Origin: a virus
Taxonomy: Duplodnaviria; Caudoviricetes
Length of the DNA stretch: 64,000 nucleotides
Reading direction: 5' to 3' (one strand)
Virus record (IMG/VR): IMGVR_UViG_3300014204_000172
Span: 1 to 64,000 of that record
Below, in pieces: positions 63,852 to 64,000 of this stretch (positions are counted from its first letter, which is position 1; each line of letters begins with the position of its first letter). Under the pieces are notes generated by a model that was not told the DNA's origin, ran no database searches, and saw only the letters and a program-made list of their open reading frames with translations. Both the position numbers and the translations under genes were made by a program.

Positions 63852-64000
63852 TTACTTAGGCATCTTCAATATAGTGCCGCTAGTTAAGGTATTCGGGCTA
63901 GTTAATTTACCTCCTGCGGAAATTTTATTCAACTCGTAAATTTCAATATAACGTGATCCATCTCCTAATTTAGTTTTTGCTATTCCCCATAACGTATCAC
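63852..64000 (-). CDS. LysM-domain protein (XkdP-like), C-terminal fragment
   Basis: Hand-translated DTLWGIAKTKLGDGSRYIEIYELNK..I..P..L..G..LKMP. Confidence 0.85.
   Translation of the reverse strand, partial: DTLWGIAKTKLGDGSRYIEIYELNKISAGGKLTSPNTLTSGTILKMPK

Larger units (their letters stand above)
1..64000 (-). mobile_element. Tailed bacteriophage genome (myovirus, PBSX/Xkd-like tail), near-complete and circularly permuted
   Basis: Terminase, portal, capsid, sheath, baseplate, lysis and replication modules tile the - strand continuously; no host housekeeping genes. Confidence 0.97.

Overview
The window is most of one AT-rich tailed bacteriophage genome with a contractile tail (PBSX/Xkd-like myovirus architecture). 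It appears circularly permuted: it opens inside the tail-tube gene and closes inside the LysM (XkdP-like) gene, so the rest of tube, the chaperone and the tape measure probably lie outside. Essentially all credible genes are on the - strand. In transcription order (64000 to 1): baseplate; tail fibres, including three C-type-lectin/FGE-sulfatase (Mtd-like) paralogues with no DGR in view; lysis cassette (papain-like C1 peptidase, amidase with stalk domain, holin); a terminator/sRNA/promoter control region; RHH regulator, ERF recombinase, HTH, replication initiator with internal iterons, DnaC-like loader; about 25 kb of small early/middle genes (Dam-type MTase, RusA, ArdC, DUF5131, two YopX, MmcB-like, an ADP-ribosylglycohydrolase preceded by a type II hammerhead ribozyme); a 7-deazaguanine DNA-modification operon (queD, queE, folE, GT4 glycosyltransferase, HAD phosphatase, queC, three ParB-like genes, dpdA-like TGT) abutting terS/terL; portal; MuF; a head-module cassette of three ADP-ribosyltransferase (ART) domains, each behind a shared KFNxCH..GxFCS leader and one fused to the XkdF-like prohead protease; scaffold, capsid, neck, sheath. 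No integrase, tRNA or CRISPR array was seen. Most notable: (i) the protease-linked, leader-tagged ART cargo plus a phage-encoded eraser; (ii) the deazaguanine operon with an embedded glycosyltransferase; (iii) the pseudoknotted hammerhead; (iv) a leader-peptide/pseudoknot element in front of the replication initiator. All family calls are by-eye motif recognition; no database search or folding calculation was run.
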